64,000 nt of DNA. Source: Octopus vulgaris. Its lineage: Eukaryota. The position numbers and the translations under genes were made by a program. Position 1 is the first letter of the stretch; each line of letters opens with the position of its first letter. Below, piece after piece: positions 44,202-56,719 of this stretch. The stretch covers positions 65,472,001-65,536,000 of the forward strand of contig OX597828.1 of NCBI GenBank assembly GCA_951406725.2, read 5' to 3'. Under the pieces are notes generated by a model that had not been told where the DNA came from, ran no database searches, and saw only the letters and a program-made list of their open reading frames with translations.

Positions 44202-45273
44202 AGTGGGTGTGCGAGTATTTGTGTGCGCAAGCATACAGCGAAATACGTAAGTAGGTTGGTATTAGGCGTGCGTGTGGGCGTGTGGCTGTGCACATATATG
44301 CGTGTCTGTATGTATGTACGCACTTATGTATGTATGTATGTATGTATTTATGTATGTATGTATGCTTTTCTTTCATTCATTAGTCCGTAGCCACATTCCA
44401 GCGCCTTGCAGGGCTTTTTGTAGATGTAATTGACTGCAGCATTTACCTTTTAGAACTCTGTTATTTATTCTATTGAGTCTTCTTTGCCAAATCGCTAAGT
44501 TTCGGTGACGCAGACAAAGATGGAAGATACAATCATAAACACACGCACGCACACATGCACACACGTATATACGAGGAGCTTCTACATAATTTCCGTCTCT
44601 TCCCTCACTCCTTTCTTTCTCTTCCTATCTCTCTCCTCTATATATGTGTGTGTGTAGAATAGGAGAGCTAGGAAGAAAGGGAGATAATAAAGTAGTGGTG
44701 ATCCCGAAACGAAGGTGCGCGTGCGTATGTATAAGAGAGCATGTATGTGCGTGTGGAAGAGGGCTGGTGATCTTGATACGTGCATGTGTATATGTGAAGG
44801 TGTGTGGATGATGGTGTGGGGCTGGAAAGTGGTCAGTGCTAGTGTGTGCGTGGGGGTGATGTGATGAGGTGTTGTGTGGTATGATGGTGTATGGTGTAGT
44901 GGTGTGGTGGTGTTGGGATGTGGAGAAGGCGAGAGTGGGGAAAGCAAGGATGGGGTGTGGGTTAGGCTGGGTGGGGTAGAGGTAGAGTATGTGGGTTAGG
45001 CTGAGGGTATATATATATATACATATACGACGAGCTTCTTTCAGTTTCCGTCTACAAAATCCATTCACAAGGCTTCGAGCCGATCAAAGTTTGCCCCGGG
45101 TGACACGCAGTGGCACTGAACCCGAAACCATATGGCTGGGAAGCAAGCTTCTTACCACACTGCCATATATATTGTTAGATATAAATTTATGTGCGCGTGC
45201 GTGTGTACTTTTATCTGTTTGAGGTTGTGCGTATTTGTGTATTTGTGAGAATGTGTGTGTATGTGCGTGACCG

Positions 45274-45322
<49 letters not shown>

Positions 45323-45344
45323 ATGTGTGTGTGTGTGTGTGTTG

Positions 45345-45379
<35 letters not shown>

Positions 45380-45759
45380 CACGACTTGAGCTGAAGTGAA
45401 ATATGTTCAACATACAAAATCAATTAACTGAGATGATATTTACAATTAAAAAGTCATTGGTAAACTAGTATGACATGGCAGCGTGCGTCATGTTTCACTA
45501 ATTCATTTAGGAATCTATGTTGTCACGAGCAGACACCGGTACTTTCTCCTCCCACCCACCTTTGATCTAGCAGATCGTCTGGGAAGTGGCAGCTTTAAAT
45601 AGTGGGAGCTGTTACTGCCCTCCACTGGTATTCATTTCAGTTGACCTGTCTGGGGTAATGAGAAATGTTGTCCCTTATCCAAAGAATACTCCGCTGCTCG
45701 ATAAAGAATCGAACACACGGCCTTCAGATTGAGAATCCAGCACCTTAACTACTACACCA

Positions 45760-46830
45760 TATTTCCGTACAACAAGGGGACAACACTCTACAGAATAGAA
45801 GTGTGTATGAGTGGATCGAGAAGTTTAAAAATGGTCGGACAAGTATAAAGCACCAAGTGGGTGCAGGAAACCTACCAACGTCCATCACTGGTGTGAATAT
45901 TCAAGAAGCTGGAGGGGTGGTTCTGGTTAAATGACGAATGGCCATCGATGAGATGGCATATTCTCTGCAAATTAGTTATGGTTCTGCATACGAAATCATC
46001 CAAAAGCTTCGCTTCCATAAAATGTGTGCGAGATGAGTGCCAAGAAAGTTATACTAATCGTTTTTGGAACGCAAAATGGCCTGTACTGAAGCATTACATG
46101 GAAAAGAGATCTACAGTCAACAGTATAGACTTTCAGTGAAATGCTGGACAACAAAATGAAACCAGCAATTCGCGCAAAACGCTGAGGTCTATTATCAAAG
46201 CAAGTGTTATTGTTGCACGATAATGAACTACCTATTTCTTTACTACCTACAAGAGGCTAAACACAGAGGAGACAAACAAGGACAGACAAACGGATTAAGT
46301 CGATTATATCGACCCCAATGCGTAACTGGTCCTTAATTTATCGACCCCGAAAGGATGAAAGGCAAAGTTGACCTTGGCGGAATTTGAACTCAGAACATGA
46401 TGGCAGACGAAATACGGCTACGCATTTCGCCCGGCGTGCTAACGTTTCTGCCAGCTCGCCGCCTTACGATAATGAACTACCGTACAGGCTTCTCACACCG
46501 TTGAAACCATTGAAAAATTGAGTTTCGAGTTGCTGAAACACCCTGCATACAGTCCAGAGCTCACCCTTCCGACTATCATCTTTTTCGACCGCTCAGACAT
46601 CCTTTATATAGTCATTAATTTGCTACGGACGAAGAAGCGCAGGAAACGGTGAATAAATGACTGCGCGACCAGCCAAAAATCGTCCATGGAATAAGCAAGC
46701 TTGTTGGCGCTGGAAAAATTGGACCGAAAAGGAAGCAGACTATGTCGAAAAATGGTATTATTGTTTAACCCCTGCTTTTGTTTTAATAAATTACAAAACA
46801 GAAGTGTGCGTAATCTTTTACTTACCCCTG
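45760..46830 (+). mobile_element. degenerate mariner element interrupted by a SINE
   Basis: VYEWIEKFKNGRTS, VLLLHDNE, HPAYSPELT..DYHLF motifs with stops and frameshifts. Confidence 0.85.
46233..46465 (-). mobile_element. SINE family A, full length
   Basis: 16-bp TSD acgataatgaactacc (46217-46232 / 46466-46481). Confidence 0.95.
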
Positions 46831-46834
46831 TACT

Positions 46835-46866
<32 letters not shown>

Positions 46867-46871
46867 AAGAT

Positions 46872-47002
<131 letters not shown>

Positions 47003-47007
47003 GCAGG

Positions 47008-47056
<49 letters not shown>

Positions 47057-47265
47057 CCGGCATCTCATCAGTTAAGACAAAACGCTATGAAAATAACCGT
47101 TGAACAAAAGGAAATTACTCCAATAGGCATGGTGAAAGTAATACTTCATTCATAGAATCCGTATATATACACATACACACACACATACATGTACGCACGC
47201 ACACACATGTATGTATAGATATCCCTTTATTCAACGGTTTGTTTGTTTGTTTTTTTCATAAAGTT

Positions 47266-47340
47266 TTGTCTTAATAACTGATGAGATGCCGGAGCAGACT
47301 TCAGTCTCGGTATCCGAAACTCTGAGTTTTGTTATGACAA
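47266..47340 (+). ncRNA. type I hammerhead-like motif in a Penelope-like terminal repeat
   Basis: ttgtc-t-taataa CTGATGA gatgccg..cggtatc-c GAAA ctctgag tt ttgtta-t-gacaa. A partial inverted copy lies at 47055-47115. Confidence 0.7.
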
Positions 47341-47906
47341 CCAACTAATTGTCACATATTATATTTATAGATAAATTCCTCTAATTTACATAATATCGAA
47401 GTATAATTCATTCTTCTGTGGTCGTTATTATTATTATGTAGTTCGCTTGAAGCAGTGTGTATTGTTTGTAAACAATAATAATAAATAGCAATAATGTATT
47501 CACATATATGTATGCATGCATTTGTGTGTATATTTTAGATTTATATTTATACGTCTGTATATGTATGGCGTTTGCACGCATCCTTCTGTGTATGTTGATA
47601 TATATATGTACACTTTAATATGAATATGTATTGCAGTGTAATATTTATAAGTTTTAATTCTATGCATTAATTATATTTTCTTCATTAACGTCAATATGTA
47701 TTTTATTCAATGTAAGGTTTTTTCCTCGAATTTTATAATTTTTATAATTTTTATTTTATATATATATACATATATTTTTGAGCCCTTTTTTTGTTTATCG
47801 CTCGAAGATTGACCGTTATTTCTAAAGGGCCAATCAAACAAGTCCATTTTTGTTAAAGGTGTAGCGTTTGTAAGAGATTGAATTGATATATCGGTTCCAT
47901 TCTAGC

Positions 47907-47954
47907 AAAAACTGTCTGATGAACGGCAACGAGAAACTCAGAGTAACAGATTTT
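47907..47954 (+). ncRNA. minimal type I hammerhead-like motif
   Basis: aaaa-a-ctgt CTGATGA a-cg-gcaa-cg-a GAAA ctcagag TA acag-a-tttt. The stem II closing pair is A.A (decayed). Confidence 0.68.
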
Positions 47955-47981
47955 ATTGAATTTTCTGCTGCTTTAAATAAA

Positions 47982-48025
<44 letters not shown>

Positions 48026-48029
<4 letters not shown>

Positions 48030-48345
48030 AAAATGAAGAAAATGCTGACAAAATAATTTAAGTAAGGAGAGTGTATTTAATTAGGTGAAGGTTCTTTTTA
48101 CCGGTTGCGCATTTGTTATGCTTATCAAAAGATATTTTTTTAAGAGAGATAGAGTTCCTTTCTGATGGATTTTTTCCTCTTATCTGATAAGAGAAAAAAA
48201 TCTATCAGAAAGGAACTCTATCTCTCTTAAAAATATATATTTTGATAAGCATAACAAATGCGCAACCGGTAAAAAGAACTTTCACCTAATTAAATACACT
48301 CTCCCTTACTTAAATTATTTTGTCAGCATTTTCTTCATTTTCTTT
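48026..48345. repeat. ~160-bp-arm foldback in (TA)n
   Basis: Near-perfect inverted repeat centred at 48185 (ctcttatc-t-gataagag). Confidence 0.93.
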
Positions 48346-48383
48346 TTATATATATCACAACTCGTGTTCCACATCTCCTTTTT

Positions 48384-48435
<52 letters not shown>

Positions 48436-48566
48436 TAGGGTGCGATGGGTAAATTGTCGGTATTTTACTTTTTTTATTTCACGCATGCGCATTGATTGTT
48501 TTTGATTTTGTCGACTACACAGTAAAGTAGGGTCAGCTGGGCACTGTCTGTGAGAAAAACAGTACC

Positions 48567-49568
48567 ATGACACAATTCGCTCTGCCAGAATTTTGGAAAA
48601 GACATGCTGTACTGCTTGCCATTCGCACCGGAAGATCCAATACGAACATTTCAAAGTGTTTGGGTGTCAATCTCAGGACAGTGCAGAGGATTCGGAAAGA
48701 GTTGGATGAGTCTAATTATGATTACCAAGTCACGACAGCTCGGAAAATTCACTCTGATCGTTTTGATAAAAAGGGAACTCCTGAATTTGTTGGTGAAATC
48801 CAGCATATGATTGACAATGATCCTTCCAAGTCAATCAGGAGCATCCCCAGAGACATGGGGTTCTCTGAGTTTCTTATCAAGCAGATAGTGCATGAAGACA
48901 TTCGGTATTCCTCAAAAAAGATGAGAAAGGACCAATTTTTATCCCAAGCCATCAAGGATAAGAGGAAAGGCCGCGCTACGAAGCTTTTGAACAAACTCAA
49001 GCATTCCCTCTCTCCGAACATGCTTTGGATTTTCTTAGACGAGAAAAACTCCTGTCAGGATCAGATGGTGAACATACAGAACAACCGTTGGCTTGCCGTG
49101 TCCCCAAAACATGTACTGAGAGAGATAAAAATTAAACATCCAGTCAACATCGTGGTATTTGGAGTAACCACGAGTGATGACAACGTTATGCTTCCATTCA
49201 TCTTCCCACTCGGCCTCACACTCAACACGGAGGCCTACATCAAGTGCATGGAAGAGGTAGCGCTGCCCTGCGTGAAGAGGGTAGCTGCTGGAAGACCTTA
49301 TGTCTGGCAACAGGACGCTGCATTATGCTGTCAGACAATTTTTGCGACCACATCACCCCTAATATATGGCCACCTAACACCCCAGCCCGCAACCCACTTG
49401 ATTATTGTGTGTGGCACAGTTGAGCGAGATTCCAACAAAACTTCTTGTAACACCAAAGATGAACTGAAGGCAAGGATTATGGCAACATTCATCATCTTAA
49501 ACAAGGATACCGTCCAGAAGAGTTGCAGGAGATTCCGAAGTCGTCTGCAGGCCGTGGTTGAAGCCTAA
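48567..49568 (+). pseudogene. maT/DD37D-like transposase, frameshifted
   Basis: N-terminal HTH (ISKCLGVNLRTVQRIRK), WIFLDEKN, WQQDAALC. The third-Asp motif WPPNTPARNPLDY lies in another frame near 49365-49405. Confidence 0.85.
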
Positions 49569-49667
49569 GGTGATTTTATTGAATAAATTTTCTCTTTAGT
49601 ATTTCAAAATATTTCTATGTAATTTTAGTAAACATAACTTTTAAAATGAGATGTCAGTGTTATTTTA

Positions 49668-49876
49668 GAATGGTTGTATACTGTCAATCTAACACGAACG
49701 TGACAGTAGGGGGTACACCACCGCTGTTTAGCCCTAGGAAGCATCGACGCCTCCTAGGGCTAAACAGCGGTGGTGTACCTACTGTCACGTTCGTGTTAGA
49801 TTGACAGTATACAACCATTCTATCTCCCCACCACCGTACATGTCTCTACGAGAGATTTAGAAATTTAGTATTTCTG
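49668..49876. mobile_element. foldback insertion with 12-bp TSD inside the maT element
   Basis: Arms 49666-49739 / 49752-49822 plus a 55-bp tail. TSD agtgttatttta (49656-49667 / 49877-49888). Confidence 0.85.
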
Positions 49877-50111
49877 AGTGTTATTTTAATTTTTGCGTAA
49901 TTTAGACAACAATTTATTCACCGCACCCTATGTGTTTATGTGTGTGAGTGTGTGTCTGTTTCTCTGTGTGTGTGTATTTATGTATGTGTGTATAATGTTT
50001 TCATAGGGAAAACTTACAGCGGCATCGACTTATTTTTAATCTCAACTTTGTACAAGTTTCAAATAGACCAAACAACAAAATGCATTTAATACATACACAC
50101 ACGCACACAAG

Positions 50112-50148
<37 letters not shown>

Positions 50149-50613
50149 TTGTTTCTTTATATGCGTGTGAGGGAGGTGATTGTGTATGTATGTTTGTGTG
50201 TTTATACGTATGGTTAAATATATAGCATATATACATATGTCTGCATGTGTGCGTATGTGTTTCAGTTTGTCTGTTTTTGAACAGATAGCACAAATCCAGA
50301 AAGGTGTGCATAATTAGGCGCAGAAACATTGTGTATTGCCATATCTTTCTGTAACATGTACCCGCCTCCTTTCTGATGTGTCTATCTTTGATGTCTTCTT
50401 GAAATGTTACTCGACCTATTGTCAATTTAAAAAGAGACCATCTTTCATCCAAATAACATTTCCTTTCATTTCGTTTTTTTTTTTTTATCATGCGTGTTTC
50501 AGAGAAAAAAATAAATTAAAATGTCTATAACAGAATTCTATCTTACTTTGTAAAGATTACAAAATTCCTTGTACAAAGCAAATGCCACTACTTAAAATCT
50601 CTTTACCTACTTA

Positions 50614-50654
<41 letters not shown>

Positions 50655-50988
50655 TATTATTCGCTTTAAAGCTTAAAGTAGGAGCCTTTCTTCCAAATAA
50701 CATTTACCTTCGTGTTTTGTCGTGCGTGTTTCACGAAAAAAGCATAAAATACAATATAACATAACAGTCTATCATAGAGTATAAAAATCGAAAAGATAAA
50801 TACAAAATTGACAGTGTAAGTAAATGGCATTACTTAAAATCTCCACACCTACTTATATATACATACAAACACATACATACATATATACATATATACACAA
50901 ACTCGGATGCATATATATGTAAATATATATAGATAGATAGATAGATGTGTATATGTGTGTCTATGAATGCATATATATATAGATACAT

Positions 50989-51020
<32 letters not shown>

Positions 51021-51224
51021 TGTATGTATGTATGTATGTATGCATGTATGTATGCATGTATGCATGTATGTATGTATGTATGCATGTATGTATGTGTGTG
51101 TGCAAAGACTGATCATTTGTTTTTAAAAACCTAGAATTTAAAAGCCCTTTTGATACAGGAATATGTCACTGAGAAAAATTTCAGTTTACGATCTTTCTGT
51201 ATAAAAATACATCCAGCCAAGTAC

Positions 51225-51415
51225 ACGACCAGACAGTGTTTCGCTATGATTAAGCTTCCTCAGTCGTGAGGATTTAAGCTGTACTCTCTCAATACATTTG
51301 TAATGTATTGTTTGCTGTTTTATACATTTAAGACTAGAAGTTCATGTCTAGTTAAGAATGAACTAGGCCAAATCTGTGACTGAGGAGGGAAATTCATGCT
51401 GAAACAGTGTGTCAT
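51225..51415. ncRNA. inverted pair of hammerhead-like motifs
   Basis: Minus 51225-51268: acga CTGAGGA a gct..agc GAAA cactg TC. Plus 51376-51415: gtga CTGAGGA ..GAAA cagtg tg tcat (decayed). Confidence 0.6.
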
Positions 51416-51694
51416 GTAGACATCTGGACTCCTTTCCAAGTGTTTTTGCACACAAAGTCTATAAATAGACATTTCTCCGAGACAAAATCTAGCAATGAAT
51501 GTCTTTCTCGAGTTCTAATGAAAAAGAACGACTTAAAAACAAATGTACACATCTTGATTTTGATCCTCGCGGCTAAGTGTGCTTATATACGTATATTTTA
51601 TTAGATATACATGTACATATACGCACACACACATCACACACATACACACATACATACATACATACATACATATATACATACATACATACATACA

Positions 51695-51725
<31 letters not shown>

Positions 51726-51826
51726 GTATATATATGTATATTTATATATGTATATATATATGTATATATATATGTATATATATATATATGTATATATATA
51801 TGTATATATATATATATATATATATA

Positions 51827-52337
51827 AAATAAGCAGAAAATGGAGAAAACTTTTGATTAACAAAAACAAATTGACCAACATCGGTTATATATTTTTTTAA
51901 TACAAAACTTAACATTGCTTACGGCCGTTTCGGCTACCAATGTTAGTCGGTGTCTACATAGAAAATTCCGAAAATAATATTCGTCATCTTTATAGCACAT
52001 TCTATCTAATACATGGAACTTTATCAGCGCGAATACAAATACATAAGATAAAAAAAGAAAGATGGAAGAATAGGGCCTCGAGATGAGGCAAGAAGGCTCA
52101 ATAAATTAGAATCATACTAGCTTAAAGTCGATGGGCAAAAGATGAAGCTCCATGTCCTAAATCGAATGTGCTATAAAGATGACGAATATTATTTTCGGAA
52201 TTTTTTTTGTTGGCACCGACTGACAATTGTGTCGAAACGGCCGTAAGCAATGTTAAGTTTTGTATCAAAAAATAGTTAACCGATGTTGGTCAATTTGTTT
52301 GTTGATCAAAAGTTATCTCCATTTTCTGCTTATTTTA
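51827..52337. repeat. ~175-bp-arm imperfect inverted repeat (Penelope-like terminal repeats)
   Basis: 51827-52003 versus 52164-52337. The arms contain gac...gtc-gaaa-cggccg-ta-agc. Confidence 0.85.
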
Positions 52338-53352
52338 AATTTGATTCCTGATAAACTCTTGTTTATTCTGCTATTACCTGTACCCTATGAGCATAGTATG
52401 CTTACATACCCATGCCCAGGGTTAACGTAGGTAATTGATACCGGTAGTAAGGACGGATATTCTTATCCCTTAGATGGTTATTCCATATAATTTCCAGGAT
52501 TCAAGATAATCAGATACTTATATAGTAAAGCACTAAGGTCAAGTCGGTGATAGCACTATCGTGTGCAAACAATATAAGGACAAATACGTACTTACTGAAA
52601 TAAACACGCATTTGCACTCCAGTTGTGCGTACAATCACAAATGGCTAACTAAATATACACAACGAGTCGTCAAGGTCACACGTGGCTACATTCACTGCAT
52701 CTATTGCACTACACTCATTAGACTCTAGATCCAAAATAATTTCAGGTTCCGAGTTAGGTGTATGATGAAAAAAATAACAACAGATGGATTGTGATTCACT
52801 ACATCTGTTTCAGGCGTGTTTTTATTGATGAATAGAAGTGTTATATCATGTAAAAAAAGAAAAGACCTTTTCATCCGGTGAATACAGGTCAAGATCAAAC
52901 GTTTGAACATCTCAAGAACAAATACAAAGTGCCATTTGACATATGTTTACTAGCTATTACTAATTCATGTTTAGCTGCTCTTAAAAGTTTGGTATGTGGC
53001 CCTTCATCGAGATATATGGGACTTAATAACTTCTGTTGAGTTTCTTACCATTTATTGCAGCCTGAGAATGTTACTAAACGTTATTCCTTGTCTCATGTTT
53101 CCGATATTTGGTTTTTAGCGAATGATAGAACAAAACAATTACAATCAGTATATATAGCATCTCAGAAATGTTTTAATATAATGCTGGGCCCTGTTTCGAT
53201 GCGAGCAAGCGTCATATTCTTTTTCGCATATTTCGAATATGGTCGTTTCCACTTAGTTGTTAAAAGCATATGAACATTAAAAAATTTTTTATCCGATGGA
53301 AAGGTGCTTAAAACGTGATTTTAAAGCAAATTTATATAAATCATAAATGTAA

Positions 53353-53390
<38 letters not shown>

Positions 53391-53404
53391 TCATATGTAA
53401 ACAT

Positions 53405-53440
<36 letters not shown>

Positions 53441-54017
53441 AAATAGACGTAAATTCACAAAAGCATATCTTTCCATTTACACTTTGACTCTTTTCTACAC
53501 AAAAACATGCACATACACAGACTCACACCGTTCTATGTAAGCAAATCTAGACGCTCCCATATATACATATACACATACATTTACATATAGATAAATATTT
53601 ATATATTTTATATATATATATATACATATGTACACATACACACACACAAGTACTCACATTTCCACATGTGCACATCTATAAACATACATTCTCTTATAAC
53701 GGTGGTACACGCTCAATGATTAAGTAAAACCCGTTTGAATATAAAACATTTTTATGTTCATATGCTGTTTTACATCAAAGTAGAACCGTATTATTCATCC
53801 GAACAACCATATAAGAAATGCAAGAATGTAATGGCTTCTCCTGCATTCAATAAGAAATCAACATTATATCGAAACATTTCCGAGTGTGTGTGTGTGTTTT
53901 GCGCCTGGGAGTAGTTTTATATGTTGCTTCTAGATTTTCCAGCATTCGCAACTAGTCGAAGATCGGAACCGTGAACATCGGAGTTAGTGTAAGTGGATTT
54001 GTTAACTTGAATGTTAG

Positions 54018-54048
<31 letters not shown>

Positions 54049-54378
54049 TAAATATATATATAGAGTGAGAGAGATAGGAGGAGGGAGGAGGGGGGATGGG
54101 AGGAGAAAGTGGGGAGGAAGAGAAGAAAGAGGAGGGGAAGAAGAGGAAGAGGAGGCTGAAGAGGAGGCAGAAGAGAAGGAGGAGGAGGGAAAGTGAGATG
54201 TGTGTGCGTGTGTATGTGCTTGCGTTTTCTATAAAGTTATATTTTAAAATATTCGAACATTTAAATTGAATCTACAGCTTAATTTGTATATGGAAAGGGT
54301 TGGCCCCGACTGTGATTTGAAGTTTCAAACAGTCTACTGGCAGCTATTCTTCAGCCTTTGCCATGTAAAAGTTCAAAG

Positions 54379-54426
<48 letters not shown>

Positions 54427-54844
54427 ACACGTATACATCTACATATATATATATAAGTGTACATACATACATACATACATACATACATACATACATTCAT
54501 ACATTCATAATATACATGTGTATGTGTGTATATGTGCAGTTCTGTATATAAATATATGTGTGTGTGTGTGTTTAGGAGATATATATTAGCCTTTATAGAA
54601 TATTGTGGATAAGTTTGTTGCCGCTTCACTGCATTGTAATTTGTACGAGCAAACCGCTCGGTTAACAGCTGCACACGTAATCAATCCAATCAGAATTCAG
54701 CATTAAAAGACTTCAAGAATCCCCATTTGTATACTGAAGCTTACATAACACTCACACAGTTTAGATATAACAAAATACCTTCAAATACAAAACAGTAAGG
54801 CAGATAATACGGGATAGTTTCGAAATGCTTACATTGTATGTCAC

Positions 54845-55383
54845 AGGATTTAAAAATATAGAAAATATAAGGTAATTATCAGCTACTGGGAAAGACTGAA
54901 AGTATTAAAACTTTTTTCCCTGGAGCGAAGACGGGAGAGATATGCAGTGATATACATCTGGAAAATACTGGAGGGTCTTGTCCCGAATTTTGGCATTCAA
55001 AGTTACCCCAACAGCAGAACGGGGCGCCACTGCATGGTGCAATGATCTCAACATTACCATCAAAATACAAGACCAGATACTGCAACAGCTTGGGTTTCAG
55101 GGAACCATAGCTCTTCAATATCCTTCCTAAATGCCTGAGAGACCTGCATGGTGTGGATGTGGGTTTCTTTAAAACTAAACTGGATCTCTTCTTGTCAGGG
55201 TATCCAGATGAACCAAACTCTCGGCAGGAAACACAGATGCGGGCAGCAGCGTCGAACTCCCTTGTTGATCAAGTGCCACGTATCAGAGGTGGTTTCACAT
55301 ACTAGTGTAGCTCATTCAACGGTTGTGCCCCAGCATGGCCGCAGCCTTCGGGCTGAAACATTTTTAAGGATTTAAGGATTTAA
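54845..55383 (+). mobile_element. CR1-like LINE 3' fragment
   Basis: ISYWERLKVLKLFSLERRRERYAVIYIWKILEGLVPN...LFNILPKCLRD...FKTKLDLFL..PDEP, then a short 3' UTR and an (aaggattt)n tail. Confidence 0.88.
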
Positions 55384-55744
55384 ATTAAATATATATGTGA
55401 ACTTAAAATGCGTATATTTTATCTCTTGAATTATACTTATTTCACTCACCGGACTGCTGCCATGCTGGGGCACCATTTTGAATTGTTTAGCCGAAGAAAT
55501 ATATACTTTTTTACCCTTTTACATGTTTCAGTCATTTCGACTGCAGCCATGCTAGAGCACCGCCTTAAAGGGTTGTAGTCGAAGAATTCGACCCCAGAAC
55601 TTATTCTTTGTAAGCCTAGTGCTTATTCTGTCAGATTATTTTGCAAAACCACCAAGTCGTAGGGACGTAAACAAACCAACATCGATTTTCAAGTGATAGG
55701 GAGGGACAAACATAGACACAAAGACACACGTAAATATACATACA

Positions 55745-55796
<52 letters not shown>

Positions 55797-55797
<1 letters not shown>

Positions 55798-56490
55798 CAC
55801 AAAAGGGGACAAGAACGCAAAACATCCAGACAGGTGATACAAAAAATGGACAACAAAACATCCAGATACACGATACAAGAAAAAACAAGGGACGGGACAT
55901 TTGGAGTTTTCTTTCCTCAGTCGAGTCCCAGATTATCTTTGCAATTTCGGCTGGTTATACTAGATATTACTCCAATCTGGCCAGCCCCAAAGAAAAAGTA
56001 AGCTAAGAGAATTAGATTCCTTGGAAGAAAGCAGCGAATGTATACGAAAACAAGGACGGGAAAAAATGGAGAATGTTACACAAATAAAAATAACAGGACA
56101 TAACAACAGGTGTCTTTCGACTAAGGTCGAATTAAATTAAGCTGGTGTGTGTGGAAATAAAGCCTTGCGGTAGGGATACAAGATTTCACAGGCACAGGGA
56201 CGAATATAGATGTTGCACGGACGACGGGTGAATCAAGAAAGAAAGATCAGGCTTGGCCGAACACCGGTCACGGGGGGAGAGAAGAGAGAGAGGTAGAGGT
56301 AGATGGACAGAAGAATTAAGGATGAGCGAGAAAACATGACAGGGACACAGTGAAGTGAAAAGAGGAGGGACAAATGAACAAAGAGTGGAATGAACGAATA
56401 AGCGTGAAAGGGCTGATAGAAAAAAGAATAGAATCGTACAAGATTTAGATAAACATATGCTTACATATAGAGACCAAAGTGTACGTATGC

Positions 56491-56523
<33 letters not shown>

Positions 56524-56719
56524 AAATGGGACAAGAACGCAAAACACTCAAACAACAAAACATCCAGATACACTATACAAAGAAAACAAGGACGGGTCAT
56601 TCGAAGTTTTCCTTCCTCAGCCGAATTCCGGATTATCTTGCAATTTCGGCTGGTTATACTAGAGATTGCTCCAATCTGGCCAGCCCCAAGGAAAAACTAA
56701 GCTAAGAGCATTACATTCC
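55797..56719 (-). mobile_element. insertion with ~200-bp direct repeats splitting a family B SINE
   Basis: 55797-56020 resembles 56521-56719. The SINE B halves lie at 55515-55745 and 56725-56885. Confidence 0.7.

Larger units (their letters stand above)
48438..49928 (+). mobile_element. Tc1/mariner superfamily maT (DD37D-like) transposon
   Basis: Imperfect TIRs gggtgcgatgggtaaattgt / acaatttattcaccgcaccc, TA TSDs, internal transposase ORF. Confidence 0.9.

Noticed and set aside
48567-49568. Intact active transposase
   Set aside because: The 333-aa ORF leaves the transposase frame after QQD, so the third catalytic Asp motif is out of frame. The TIRs are also diverged.
50488-50860. Diverged ~230-bp tandem duplication
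   Set aside because: Old local duplication with no coding or structural signal.
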